Origin: Octopus vulgaris
Taxonomy: Eukaryota
Assembly (NCBI GenBank): GCA_951406725.2
Contig: OX597815.1
Location: forward strand, 32,240,001-32,304,000
Direction: 5' to 3'
DNA: 64,000 bases
The notes under the pieces are model-generated. The model made no database searches. It had not been told where the DNA came from and saw only the letters and a list, made by a program, of their open reading frames with translations. The position numbers and the translations under genes were made by a program. Shown piece after piece: positions 1-13,288 of this stretch. The stretch's first letter is position 1. The number at the start of each line of letters is the position of its first letter.

Positions 1-457
1 GTATCGCAACTTTTCATTATGTTATAACGTATGGATCCCTGTTACTAATTAGGGTTTCCATATTTGTGTTATGTATTTGGATTTAGCAGACCCGTTCAGT
101 GTATCCCACCCAACGTTATTTTTCAAAAATCTGTAAATCACCAGGATTTTGACGGTAAACCTTTAGCGTGGTTCAATATATTTCCATTAAAGATTGTTCC
201 CCTAGTCTAGTGCCAATTACACCTGAAATTCCACAAGGCAACCTAATTAGGCCAATACTGCTTCTAATTAATATGAGAAACATGCAAAATGTAATTTTCG
301 AAAAATTTGATATTGTTTGCAAATTATACAAAATTATAATTATCTTCTAATACAAACTTGACCGATATAAAAAAAAATTTTCATCTCCGGTGTGTGTTTT
401 TATGGGTTCAAGAAATGTAGTTGACTTTAACAATCTAAAAACGTTCGGTTTTACACC

Positions 458-756
458 CTCTTTACTCTTTTACTTGTTTCAGTCATTTGACTGCGGCCAT
501 GCTGGAGTACCGCCTTTAGTCGAGCAAATCGACCCCAGGTCTTATTCTTTGTAAGCCTAGAACTTATTCTATCGGTTTCTTTTGCCGAACCGCTAAGTTA
601 CGGTGACGTAAAAACACCAGCATCGGTTGTCAAGCGATGTTGGGGGGACAGACACAGACACACAAACACACACACACATATATATACATATATATAAGTG
701 CAAACAAGGGAGTCAGAGAAAGGCAGAATGCCACTTAAATCTGAACACTACTATAG

Positions 757-798
<42 letters not shown>

Positions 799-970
799 GA
801 CAGGCTTCTTTCAGATTCCGTCTACCAAATCCACTCACAAGGCTTTGGTCGGCCCGAGGCTATAGTAGAAGACACTTGCCCAAGGTGACACGCAGTGGGA
901 CTGAACCCGGAACCATGTGGTTGGTAAGCAAAGTAGTTTGGTAAGCAAACTACAGCCACTCCTGCGCCTA
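458..970 (-). mobile_element. tRNA-derived SINE family A with internal microsatellite
   Basis: Minus-strand head GGCGCAGGAGTGGCTGT...GGTTCCGGGTTCAGTCCC with pol III box-like motifs. Near-identical copies elsewhere in the window. Confidence 0.9.
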
Positions 971-1143
971 TGCCTGTTTAGGATATTTTAGAATGCGGGT
1001 GAATTCCTAAAATTTCTAAAATCTCTTATGTGGTAGTTTCTGTGAATGACGATCTCAAATATTCATTACATTGGGCTAAAAAGTTTAAGGTTTTCGAAGG
1101 TTAAGTTTTTCAGATTACATGCTTGATGATAAAATCTGTGTGC

Positions 1144-1183
<40 letters not shown>

Positions 1184-1533
1184 ATTTAGCAGTCTACCTC
1201 TGTCTGATCCAAATCAACCATTTGTCACCAATCAACTAGTGTGCCTTTACTCTCCTAATACCTATTATCATTTCATCTCTTTCGGAAATGTTGTTCTGCC
1301 CTAATATATTAGACTCTCCCCTTTACGGCTTTAAACGTGCTCTTTCCTGTATTTGAGCTATTCGTATAAAATATTAATGACGCAGAACAACATTAGTTTC
1401 TTTGGCTTACTACCTATAAATCCATGTATCTTTTAAAGGCAATCTAAACTTATCGCTGTATCTAGCTAGTTAGCTACATTAATGTTTGTCGGTTTATGAA
1501 ATCATGTTGCTAACTATTTTGCAAAATTGTTTA

Positions 1534-1743
1534 CTCTCTTTACTTGTTTCGGTCATTTGACTACGGCCATGCTGGAGCACCGCCTTTAGTCGAGCAAATC
1601 GAACCCTGGACTTATTCTTTGGAAGCCTAGTACTTATTCTATCGGTCTCTTTTGCCGAACCGCTAAGTTACGGAGACGTAAACACACCAGCATCGATTGT
1701 CAAGCGATGTTAGGGGACAAACACAGACACACAAACATACACA

Positions 1744-1809
<66 letters not shown>

Positions 1810-1970
1810 AATGTAAACGACGGGCTTCTTTCAGTTTCCGTCTACCAAATCCACTCACAAGGCTTTGGTCGGCCCGAGGCTATAGTAGAAGACGCTTGCC
1901 CAAGGTGCCACGCAGTGGGAATGAACCCAGAACCATGTGGTTGGTAGCCAAGCTACTTACCACACAGCCA
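1534..1970 (-). mobile_element. SINE family A copy
   Basis: Aligns with 458-970. Confidence 0.9.
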
Positions 1971-2440
1971 TTCAAAACAATTGATCTGTTTATTTACATA
2001 TATTTCTATCTAGCAACTTATATATCTATCTACTTAACCACTCTGTCACTCGATCAATCTATTTTATTTATTAGTCTATCAGCATTTCTAAACATCAAGC
2101 TGTCTATCTTATCTGTCGATTTATTTATATAAATATTTATTCAACATGTTTCGTACGTCGTAGTATCAAAAATACTTCTATATTTCAAGCACTCAAGTTA
2201 TATTTCTACATATGCGAATTATATATATATATATATATATATGAAAAAACAAGTCAAAATAGAAAATGCTAAAATAATTTTATAAAGAACATTTCAGTAC
2301 CGGTTTCGATCATTTTGAGACCTTTTCAACTGTAACGATTAAATAATTAAATTTAGAAAAATTAGTCTGAACACTATACAAATATTCCTTTAAAAAAAAC
2401 TTTTCTTCTAATTTTTCTAAATTTAATTATTTAATCGTTA

Positions 2441-2478
2441 CAGTTGAAAAGGTCTCAAAATGACCGAAACCGGTACTG
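2441..2478 (+). ncRNA. Minimal type-I hammerhead ribozyme motif, U3-A8 core variant; inverted copy at 2295-2332 (-)
   Basis: cag-TTGAAAA-ggtc tcaaaat gacc-GAA-AC cg GT-A-ctg. Stems I, II and III all pair. Confidence 0.7.
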
Positions 2479-3071
2479 AAATGTTCTTTATAAAATTATT
2501 TTAGCATTTTCTATTTTGACTTGTTTTTTCATATATATCAACTCGTGTGTTCCTTTTCACCCTTATACATATATATATATATATATCTGTCAATTAAACC
2601 AATCTATTTATCTCTACATCTATATCTCTACAGACTTATATATATAATCTTTTATTTTTGTTTTTAAATTTTCAGTTTTTATATCATGTCGCTCGCCGAC
2701 AGCTTATATTGTCGAGGAGATATAATATAGTTTATAGTGACTTTATAGCAATTTTGACTGCTATTTCTAGACATGTAAGGGTTTTTATAGCCCTCTCCGT
2801 TATAACATTGATTTATTCACAATTATACATTCTTCTTTTACGAAAAACTTTTTTGATTGCATGTTCTGGCCACTGATATATTCATAAATAATTTTGAATT
2901 GTTTACGATATAATCTGCGTAATGTATTTTTACATTCATTCCTCTTTTATGTATATGTGTATGTATATATGTATATATGTATGTATGTATATATGTATAT
3001 ATTTTATCAGTCCATCTATTCAAATCAATATCTATTTATTCATGAAGTTATGTATCTGTCTACTTCACATA

Positions 3072-3593
3072 CCGTAAATCCTCGAGTATAATACGCATTT
3101 TTTCCCAAAAATTTAACGGTTAAAATCCCTAGTGCCTACTATATACGAGGTTAAAAATGAAATATATATTTCTAAGCAATGTCCGAGTCTATATTTTCTC
3201 TCCGGCAATGTTTATTCAGACGCATTTTGTGATGTCGGGCGCGAAAATACCTTAAGCTAAGCCTGAAAGCAATGAAGTCATAAAAAAATCATTCATAACT
3301 CGCAGTAAGCAACATTTATTAAAATAAAAGTATTCAGAACACAGAATAACATGTAATAAAAACAATTTGCAAACATATTTACATTCCCATATAACAGTTA
3401 AGAACATCACCATTATTGTATTACGCATGCGCGGAAGTGTTTGTTCGACTAGGTGCTGCTGGCTTAATTATGCACGACTCAAGTTAGAGAAGGGGTGCGT
3501 ATTATACGCAAGGTTTAGGCTTTTCAGAAGTACAGCACCTAAAAATCCCCTGCGTATTATACTCAAGGGCGGGCTATACTCGAGGATTTACGG
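3072..3593. mobile_element. Tc1/pogo-type MITE
   Basis: Perfect TIRs CCGTAAATCCTCGAGTATA / TATACTCGAGGATTTACGG flanked by TA. Confidence 0.9.
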
Positions 3594-3681
3594 TATGTCA
3601 AACGAATTACTTATCTGTATAACTTTCAATATATATAACCTATATAATAAATCTATCGATAACTTCGTCATTCTATTTTAT

Positions 3682-3728
<47 letters not shown>

Positions 3729-3967
3729 CCTGTCTGTCTGTCTTTCTTTCTGTCTGTCTTTCTGAATATCTATCTATCTTCACTGTCCATTACTTTATAT
3801 GAATATCTTCATATACAAGAAGTTATATATCAAGCTATTTCACAAATATCTTTGTATATGTCAAATAATTAATCCATCTACATATATCTTTCTATCTAGC
3901 AATTTATATATCTCTATGTATTTAAACAATATATTTATTTGTCTATCTATCATCCTTTTCAATTTAG

Positions 3968-4127
3968 GGTTGCTGAAATAAATGAAAAATGCAAATCAAA
4001 TAATGAAGATAATCAAAAGAAAAAACTGAACGAAACGCCTCATATTCCCCCTTTTGTCGGAGCGTCATATGTGGGCACACGCAACATTATGGACGGGAAA
4101 CACCCATATTTGCAAGCATTAAAAGAG
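3968..4127 (+). CDS. Internal coding exon of gene A (uncharacterised large disordered protein); upstream exons not identified
   Basis: Acceptor cttttcaatttag|G at 3967/3968 and donor GAG|gtgggt at 4127/4128. Open frame VAEINEK...HPYLQALKE. Ends in phase 0, matching the next exon. Confidence 0.75.
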
Positions 4128-4292
4128 GTGGGTGTACTTGTGTGTATGCATATACATATAAACAACAAATACACACACATATACACATATATATACATAC
4201 ACACACACACACACACATATATATGTATATATATACGCATAAATATATATATATATATACATACATATATACATATATATATACATATATAT

Positions 4293-4339
<47 letters not shown>

Positions 4340-4502
4340 ATATTATATATATATATATTATATTATATTATTTTTTTATATATAGTATATTATTTATATA
4401 TATATATATAATTATAAATAATATAATATAATATATATATATATAATATAACATATATATATATACATATATACATATATACGCATATACACACACACAC
4501 AC

Positions 4503-4612
<110 letters not shown>

Positions 4613-4809
4613 TTCAATTTAGTTCAATCAAAGAAGATATACTCATTACAAGATATATGTTTTATATTTTCCTATTTTCATATTTTGATATTTGTATATT
4701 TTTATTTATTTATTTGATATATTTTGAGCTAAAAAATTTGAAACGAACAAGGTAAAAGGTCTTAAAATATGTATCAATGTATAAGTATATATGTGCGAGT
4801 ATCTCTCTT

Positions 4810-4931
<122 letters not shown>

Positions 4932-5307
4932 CGTATGTGTAGAATGAAAGCTTTTTGAGGTTCGTTTGTCGTAGGAAGAAGAGTACTTGATATTTCGAAG
5001 AATATTTTTATTTTTATCTCTCTACCTGTCTCCCAATCAGTTGCGCCATCTAGCAATCTTAACCTATACATTTTTGTCTCTTCCTAAAATTTAAAAAAAA
5101 AACTTTTCATTTCATTTTTATCTCTATTAATATTAGTTTCATTGACCTCACCTGCCATCCTGGGTAACTTAGATTCACTGCATAATCTCTTAACTTGTTA
5201 GAAACAACGGCCAAATTTCCTTCAAATTATATCAAGTCGTCTCAAAAAAAAAAGGGTTGCATGGAAAATATAAAAGAATACAGATCGGTCCCCGCTATTG
5301 ATCATAG

Positions 5308-5676
5308 GTGGAGGCGCAATGGCCCAGTGGTTAGGGCAGCGGACTCACGGTCATAGGATCGCGGTTTCGATTCGCAGTGTTTATTGAGCGAAAACACCTA
5401 AAATCTCCACGAGGCTCCGGTAGGGATTGTGGTGATCACTGCTGTACTCTTTCACCACAACTTTCTCTCACTCTTACTTCCTGTTTCTGTTGTACCTGTA
5501 TTTCAAAGGGCCGGCCTTGTCACTCTCTGTGTCACGCTGAATATCCCCGAGAACTAAGTTAAGGGTACACGTGTCTGTGGAGTGCTCAGCCACTTACACG
5601 TTAATTTCACGAGCAGGCTGTTCCGTTGGTTCGGATCAACTGGAACCCTCGTCGTCGTAACCGACGGAGTGCTTCC
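5308..5676 (+). mobile_element. tRNA-derived SINE family B
   Basis: Head GGAGGCGCAATGGCCCAGTGGTTAGGGCAGCGG...GGTTTCGATTC. 11 bp TSD attgatcatag at 5297-5307 and 5677-5687. Confidence 0.9.
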
Positions 5677-6085
5677 ATTGATCATAGACCATCTCGATTA
5701 GGTCTAACTTGGAGGTAAACTAAAACAGCCAGTCTGATAAAACATAAATAAGTTAATAATCACCGCAGACATAAATGTCGTGGAAACATTTAGAATACGT
5801 CTAAGTTATTGTTGTTCACATTGGTGCTGTTATTATTGTTGTTTAACTCAGGGACTTAACTTGTAACACTGACTGACAAGGCTTACAATCAAAACCGCTC
5901 CAGACATGGCCTTCCCATCTATTCTGAGGTATTACGCATTTAAGACAATATCATCCAGTGTGTCCCTCCCTATTTAAGACGGCAACGTATAATCTGAAGG
6001 AGATTTGGTTGCTATTTCTAAAAGACTGAGTGACCACTTAAAGATTCCCTCGTCGGTTTGTGAAAGTTCTTCGTATCTATTACAG

Positions 6086-6224
6086 CAAAAGAAGAAGAAA
6101 GAACCTGTAGTCAGAGACAAAGCAGCAGAAATAGCTGCCAAGAAAGATTTTTTCGACAGACTGAGTCAACCAATTGTTAGAACCGTAAAACCCGAACGCG
6201 AACGCCCTGTGAAGCCTCCGGCAG
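6086..6224 (+). CDS. Coding exon of gene A
   Basis: tattacag|CAA acceptor and GCAG|gtaaaa donor. Encodes QKKKKEPVVRDKAAEIAAKKDFFDRLSQPIVRTVKPERERPVKPPA. Phase 0 in, phase 1 out. Confidence 0.8.
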
Positions 6225-6577
6225 GTAAAACTCTATCCTTTGGTATATTTCTTTGATTTGCGATTTGCATGAAATATACATTTGCCTGTGTTACATTTGC
6301 ACCATATATATATATCTATGAAACATTTCACAATATCTTTTGAGATGTTAAACGTTGCAGTGAATGAAAGTTCTTACCGAATCGACTCCAAGACAAAGCT
6401 TTCTATTCAGTATTGGAATCACTTTAACTCTCATATGTCTCTAAAATACACCAACGTGAAAACTTCACATTCTTTTCTTGTATGAATTTATATAAACCAA
6501 TATGCTATAATTGAAATTTCGTCCTCTTGGAATTCCTCATTAATTTTTTTTGGGGGGGGGGGGTGAAGGAAGTAATA

Positions 6578-6718
6578 TTAGGTTGTCCCAAAAGTTCGTA
6601 AACACTTGCGAAAATTGAATTTTTACTCGCCAAGTACTAACAAAAACAACAAAAATTATTCCTCAAAATAAAGACTATTATTTTCCAAGACCTTCTACGA
6701 ACTTTTGGGACAACCTTA
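6578..6718. mobile_element. Small mariner-type MITE
   Basis: TIRs aggttgtcccaaaagttcgta / tacgaacttttgggacaacct. Confidence 0.85.
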
Positions 6719-6916
6719 TACTTTCATGTCTTGAGGTTTAAAGTATTATCCAAAATGTTGCCTTAGTTTGCTTGGTAGGAATTACTATGTTTAAGTCAAA
6801 CTCCAAACAAATTCTTGTGTTTTCTACCCTTTGCCGAAATTCGAAGCTTGATTCTGAAGCAGTACCGAAAGCATACTAAGTTTTAGTAATGCATAATTCA
6901 CTCATGCGTATGAATG

Positions 6917-7137
6917 TTTGAGGAAGTGCTGAAAAGTTCCTGGTTTTAAGCCTATCATGAAAAAGGCCAGGCTGGATGCCCAACCTTCCAAAGCTTTTTT
7001 CCAGGGCTTAGAAAAACTGAAGGACCGCTGCAATAAATGTATGAATCTGAGAGGGGGAATATGTTGAATGAAATCATAAATAACTGTTCCTCCTGTATTT
7101 TCTTTTACCCAAAACCTTGAATTTTTCAGCACCTCCC
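6917..7137. mobile_element. Mariner-derived MITE; other copies at ~17091-17298 and ~43488-43696
   Basis: TIRs gtgctgaaaagttcctggtttt / aaaaccttgaatttttcagcac. The three copies share internal sequence. Confidence 0.8.
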
Positions 7138-7172
<35 letters not shown>

Positions 7173-7800
7173 TGTGTCTGTGTCTGTGTGTATGCGTCTG
7201 TGTGTGTACATACTTATACATATTAACGCATTCTGGTTTACGTGACTCAGTGTACAGCAAATATATTTATATTGATAAACATTCCTTTCTTACTGACCAT
7301 CAATAAATTGATTTTTTTTTAAACTCATTTTCGTTTTACTGTTTTCTGTGTCACTGAAATATTCGTTGTTTCTCAAAGGCGTGTCTCATTTAAAATAATC
7401 GAAATTCTAAATATAATCTCGTATAAATTTGTTTTTTTCAATAGACTTTATTGAATTTAACTAAATACAATGCAAATATACGTAATTTTATTTCTTAGCA
7501 AGGTGTTGTGTAATCGAATGCTTGGAACAAATTCGAAAGGTTTTCAGCATTTTGTTGCACTAATACGACCGAGTTCTAATCGTTTCAGATTGGGTTTTAA
7601 AAACTTTGAGAAACTCTACTGAGTATCCCTTCGAAATTGATAGTTACGAAACAGAAGTAATCCAACAGTATTCAATATATGCACATATGAACATGGGTAT
7701 ACGCATGTGTGTGTGTTTGTGTGTGTGTACGTGCATATAAAATTGTATTCTTCTGTGACTGGTTCTAAGCTGTGTACACACACATGTACATATATACATG

Positions 7801-7859
<59 letters not shown>

Positions 7860-7954
7860 ACATATATATATGTACATGTATGTATGTATGTATGTAGTAC
7901 ATAAACATGTATATTTATATGCATGCAAGTACAGATAATTATACATTTGTGTGT

Positions 7955-9100
7955 AGGTGGTGCGTTCAAAAAGTACCCAACTTAATTTTTTCCCACCAAA
8001 AATAATGCCGCGCGGGCAAAATCCTTTAGGTGAGAGGTGACGCCACCCTTCCTGCGTATGCGTGAAAATTTTCGCACCGGTAAACCGCGTCAGTTCCCGG
8101 CGTTATGCATAAAGTAGAGGCGTATAGTGCGTGCTCGGCGGATTTTCGTGTTCAAGCAAGATGACTGAATGTATAGAGATGAGAGGATAAATCCATGACT
8201 CATCACCAATGAAGTCTGGGTCATGATTTGCACAGTCCAACATGTCCTGGGCGTTATCCATGCGGAGTTGCCTCAGCTGCTCCACCAGTACTTTGGGGAC
8301 GAATTTCGCCAACGCTCTCCGCATGCACAAATCTTTCATTAAAATAGAATGCACTAGAGTGCACTGATCTTGTGCTTATCCAACTTTGTAAACAATTTGC
8401 TGGATTTTTTATTATTTCTTTATTGCCTACAGGGGGCTAAACATAGAGAGGACAAACAAGGACAGACGAACGGATTAAGTCGATTACATCGACCCCAGTG
8501 CGTAACTGGTACTTATAAATCGACCCCGAAAAGGATGAAAGGCAAAGTCAACCTTTGCTGGATTGTTACACGACAGTCTTCCATGACTATTCGCCGAGCC
8601 TTCTCAATCGGCTCCTCGTTTCAGCTTGTGGATGGTCTGCTTGAGCGTGTCTCGCTTTCCACTTCGGTGCGACCATGTTTGAAGCGGTTGTACTACTTCT
8701 TGATCGGACTTTTGCCCATGGCCTCATTGCCAAAGGCCTGCTGAATCTTCTGTATAGTTTGTATCTGAATACCTATTTCTTTACTATACCTATTTGAAAT
8801 CAGAACGTAAAGACAAGGGGCCAAACACAGAGAGGACAAACAAGGACAGACAAACGGATTAAGTCGATTATATCGACTCCAGTGCGTAACTGGTACTTAT
8901 TTAATCGACCCCGAAAAGATGAAAGGCAAAGTCGACCTCGGCGGAATTTGAACTCAGAACGTAGCGGCAGGCGAAATACCGCTAAGCATTTCTCCCCGCG
9001 TGCTTAACGTTTCTGCCAGCTCGTCGCCTTTGTATCTGAATACCACCAAGCTCTTAGCAAAATTTGATGCAATATCTCTGTTCGATGCGTTCAAGGAAAA
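7955..9100 (-). mobile_element. Rearranged mariner transposon relic
   Basis: ORF 8103-8354 (-) contains AKFVPKVL and GDESWIY (WVPHEL-like and first catalytic Asp motifs). N-terminal relic near 8570-8760. Interrupted by SINEs. Confidence 0.8.
8413..9030 (-). mobile_element. SINE family C copies (8413-8560 partial, ~8770-9030) nested in a mariner relic
   Basis: Reverse complement of the 21384-21617 consensus. Confidence 0.85.
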
Positions 9101-9475
9101 CGACTGTGTTCTAAATGTATCTTTTTTATCAAGATTTTTTTTAATATTTTCATGTGTTCTGTGAAATTTGTTTGGGCAGTAAAGTTTTTATGACGTTGGT
9201 GAGAAACAATCTATTTACATTATCAACATTTCTAAGCCTTCGTAGTCTCAACGTCAAGATGAAGTGGTGTTAGAATGTGTTGCTGTCAATGTCATTTGCA
9301 CAAGCATTAGCGTTTCAATTTGAACTTCCGTATTTGGATCTATACATCATCAGTTATATGTTATTTTTGTCTGTGACCTAATGTTATCTGTGCGCTAGTT
9401 TTAGCATTGTACTGTGTAATGGAAATTGTCTATATCATTAATTTCTGGGGGAGGGGGTTGTAAAGTATGCGTGTG

Positions 9476-9536
<61 letters not shown>

Positions 9537-9682
9537 CACTCATTAAATTTTGTTTCTCTTGCTTAATCCACCAAACCTCTATGTGTGTGTTGTCTGCTAA
9601 TGTTTCGCTATCCAGTTTAGTTTCTGGGAGAGGGGGTTGTAAAGTATGCGTGTGTATATATGTGTGTGTGTATATGTATGTG

Positions 9683-9729
<47 letters not shown>

Positions 9730-9857
9730 CACTCATTAAATTTTGTTTCTCCTGCTTAATCCACCAAACCTCTATGTGTGTGTGTTGTCTGCTAATGTTT
9801 CGCTATCCAGTTTAGTTTCGCGTTTTGTGGTGTAGTACATTATTATCATTGTTATTG

Positions 9858-9912
<55 letters not shown>

Positions 9913-9984
9913 TACTACTACTACTATTATTATTATTATTATTATTATTATTATCATCATTATTATTATTATTATTGCTCCTTA

Positions 9985-10540
9985 TTATAAGTACATAGTA
10001 AATCGAATGGATGAGCGTCATATTTTTATGACCAACATAAATGCTGTTAGACTTGTGAATTTCGCAACTTTCACATTTACAATTCATATATTAACATTGA
10101 CCAATCATGGCCCGTTCTCGATTTTACTATCTGTGGTCTATTATTGATATGATGAATTTTAAATTTCGTGTATTTGTAGCATATTATTAGTATTAATTTA
10201 TGGTTCTGTGTAATGCACTTTGTGTCGGCTTTACGAGATTTTTATATGTTCATCTCTTCCAGTTAGTATTCACTAGATTCATATAATACACTTTATTCGT
10301 GGTTTCTGTATATTTAATGGATGTGGTGTCTGCTGGTTTTCATGTGTTGCATTTCTTATTGTGTCGTTTTATGGCTTGTTCTCCAGTTCGTTAGAATATT
10401 GGTTGTTGATTACTATTTGTTTTATTTTGGAAATTCTTTATCTGTTTTGCTTGTGGAGGAGAATCAAAATACTTTACTAAATAAAGCTTTTACCACTGAC
10501 ATTTTGTATCTGTTTCAACAGTCACTCTCTCCATGTAAGT
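9985..10540 (-). mobile_element. Decayed Penelope-like element: RT thumb/linker and GIY-YIG endonuclease relic
   Basis: Frameshifted minus-strand reading gives SVVKALFSK...DKEF.KIKQIVINNQYSNEL, then NV.IYEL.KCESCEIHKSNSIYVGHKNMTL. These fit the PLE motifs EL.rikqvLvNNgYs and vvY...C..C....YIG.T..tL. Confidence 0.6.
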
Positions 10541-10636
10541 ATATATATATATTATATTGTATTATGTTATATTGAATTACATATATATATATATATTATA
10601 TTATATTAGATAGATAGATATATATTTATATTATAT

Positions 10637-10693
<57 letters not shown>

Positions 10694-10711
10694 GTGTGTA
10701 TGTGTGTGTCT

Positions 10712-10746
<35 letters not shown>

Positions 10747-11198
10747 TATATAGAAGAAAAATGGGATTAAAACATCTTGGCAGATACCAACTGAGCACTC
10801 AATATAAAGAAACAAGGTTAAGTTTTCAACAAGCAGATACCAATAAATGTATGTAGAATACGAATCCCAGGTAAATCTTCATGTATGACAAGTAAATCCA
10901 ACAATTCTTATGCAGAACTTTAAGAAATTCAGAGTATTAACATCAATAAATAGTATGTACGAAGAAAATTATTTATTTCTTTGTGATCACATCTTAAAAA
11001 CCCAACAATTGTTTCAATTCCATTAATATATACATGTATATATATTCACACACACACACACACTAATACACACACACAGAGACACACATATATATATTTC
11101 ATCATCCCTAATTTTGTGGTTTTAGAACTTAACTGTTCTTTCTAGCGTGCTGAATCCCATGAGTGGATTCCTCTTATGTGTATAAATATACACTGTAT

Positions 11199-11237
<39 letters not shown>

Positions 11238-11624
11238 TAAGATTAATAATAATATGCACGAAAATTTATGTCAACACATTGTCAAAGTTATTCAAATTGC
11301 TGAAATTCTAACTGAACATTTGAAAAAGAAACACGCCAAACCAAATTTAACTTTAGACATTGATTCATTCAACCAAGATCGACGTCGTTGAATAACTAAT
11401 TTGGTTTATAAAAATAAAATATAAAAAATACCAAACTAATTACATATTTTTTGACAATTTGAAACCTACATAAAAAAAGCCTAACGTAGAAAACGAGTAT
11501 GTAGTTATCTACGAAAATTGATGACGTCATTGGATATCTAAAGAACGAAAATTTCAGACAAGAATTCAACATTATGCTCAAAAGATAACTAAAGAATAAA
11601 ACTACAGATAATAATTCTACGTAA

Positions 11625-12005
11625 TCTTTATATATAAAAGAGAGGTTGTGTGTCTGTCTCCTACGATTTAGATTCCTAACTACTCCCACATTTTGCGGTG
11701 CAGTTTAACCAAAACCGGGTATCTTATAGCCCTTCTGGATATTAGGGCGCGTCTACGCTGAGTCTACGATTTAAAAAAAAAAATTACCATCATTTTTTTC
11801 CATTTTAATGCATTTTTTTCGCTATTATATAAGGGAAGTAACTCTCTAAAAATGTCTACGATGAGTCAACGATTTTTTAAAAAAATTACCATCATTTTTT
11901 TTCCATTTTTAATGCATTTTTTGCTATTTTTGGCTATAACTCTCTAAAAATGCTTATATAGTTATTTCCCTTACAAACCCGTGCAACGCCGGGCGATACT
12001 GCTAG
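11625..12005 (+). mobile_element. Non-autonomous Helitron
   Basis: A|TC 5' end, 3' hairpin cccgtgcaacgccggg, CTAG|T end and no TSD. Second copy at 59119. Confidence 0.9.
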
Positions 12006-12069
12006 TGCTTAATAGAAATTTATATATTTACGTCACAATAATTAATTTCCTATTTAATAAAATAAACCC

Positions 12070-12580
12070 TGCTATAGGAATTAACCTTATTTTATAATAA
12101 CAGAAGAATTATTATAATCAACAACATATACAACCACTGGTTAATTAATAACTAAAAATTACAGAAAAGACAACCAAATATCTACTTATTCATTATAATA
12201 AACGCTTATATAGGAATTAACCTTATTATATATTAATTGAAAAATCATAATAATAAATAATAATATATACACTTATTGATGACTACGCTAGTCATAACGG
12301 ATAACATAATTAAATACCTATTTATTTTTATATTATAACCTTTTATAGGAATTAAGATTATTATACAATAATTGAAAAATTACTATAATTAATAATATGT
12401 ACAATCCTTGATGATCCCGGTGGATAATTAAAAGAATAAGAATTCTGCGTTATGCTCAATTGAAGCATAGATACTTTACATCGCTATAACTAATTACTTA
12501 CTCATTATATCAAGCTCTTTAATAGAAATTAACCTTATTATATAATAATTAGTTAAAAAATCATTATAATTAATAACTGA
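12070..12580. repeat. AT-rich minisatellite, about 4 units of ~135-175 bp
   Basis: An ataggaattaaccttatt-like motif occurs at about 12075, 12210, 12346 and 12522. Confidence 0.7.
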
Positions 12581-13018
12581 AATATTTGAATATCTTTCTA
12601 AATTTATGGCAACATCTTGAAGTTAATTGCCCATTAAAATTCAATAAAATTTATTTTGTTCTCTAGATATCCAGTGGCGTCATCAATTTTAGTTTATATT
12701 TATCAACTAAAATTTTATGCGTTAGGTTTTTTTATGCATATTTCATATTGTCAGAAAATATGTAATTAGCATGGTATTTAGTTTTTATAAACTAAATTAG
12801 TTATTCAACGACGTCGATCTTGGTTGAATGAATCAATGTCTAAAGTTGAATTTGGTTTGGCGTTTCTTCTTGATAGCATTTTTTAACAGCTAAAGTTTTT
12901 CAGATGTTCAGTTAGAATAATGTTATGTTGCCATAAATGTTCGTACATACTATTATTAATTTTAATAATATCATATATGTGTGTGTGTATGTGTGTGTGT
13001 GTGTGTGTATTTATTCTA

Positions 13019-13215
13019 TTCTTTTACCTGTTTCAGTCAATTTCTCTGGCCATGCTGGAGCACCACCTTTTAGTTGAATAAATCGATCCCTGCACTTATT
13101 CTTTGTAAGCCTGGTGCTTATTCTATCGGTTGCTTCTGCTGAACCACTAAATTACGGGACGTAAACACACCAACATCGGTTGTCAAGCAATGGTGAGGTG
13201 GGGAAACAAACACAG
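13019..13215 (-). mobile_element. SINE family A, 3' half
   Basis: Aligns with the ggccatgctggagcacc...ggttgtcaagc segment. Confidence 0.85.
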
Positions 13216-13228
13216 TATGTATATATAA

Positions 13229-13288
<60 letters not shown>

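Noticed and set aside
5308-5380. tRNA-like sequences at SINE heads (also 15118, 36456, 46520)
   Set aside because: They continue into SINE bodies, some with TSDs, so they are not standalone tRNA genes.
9305-9358. CTGATGA...GAAAC on the minus strand
   Set aside because: No convincing stem I or stem II closure.
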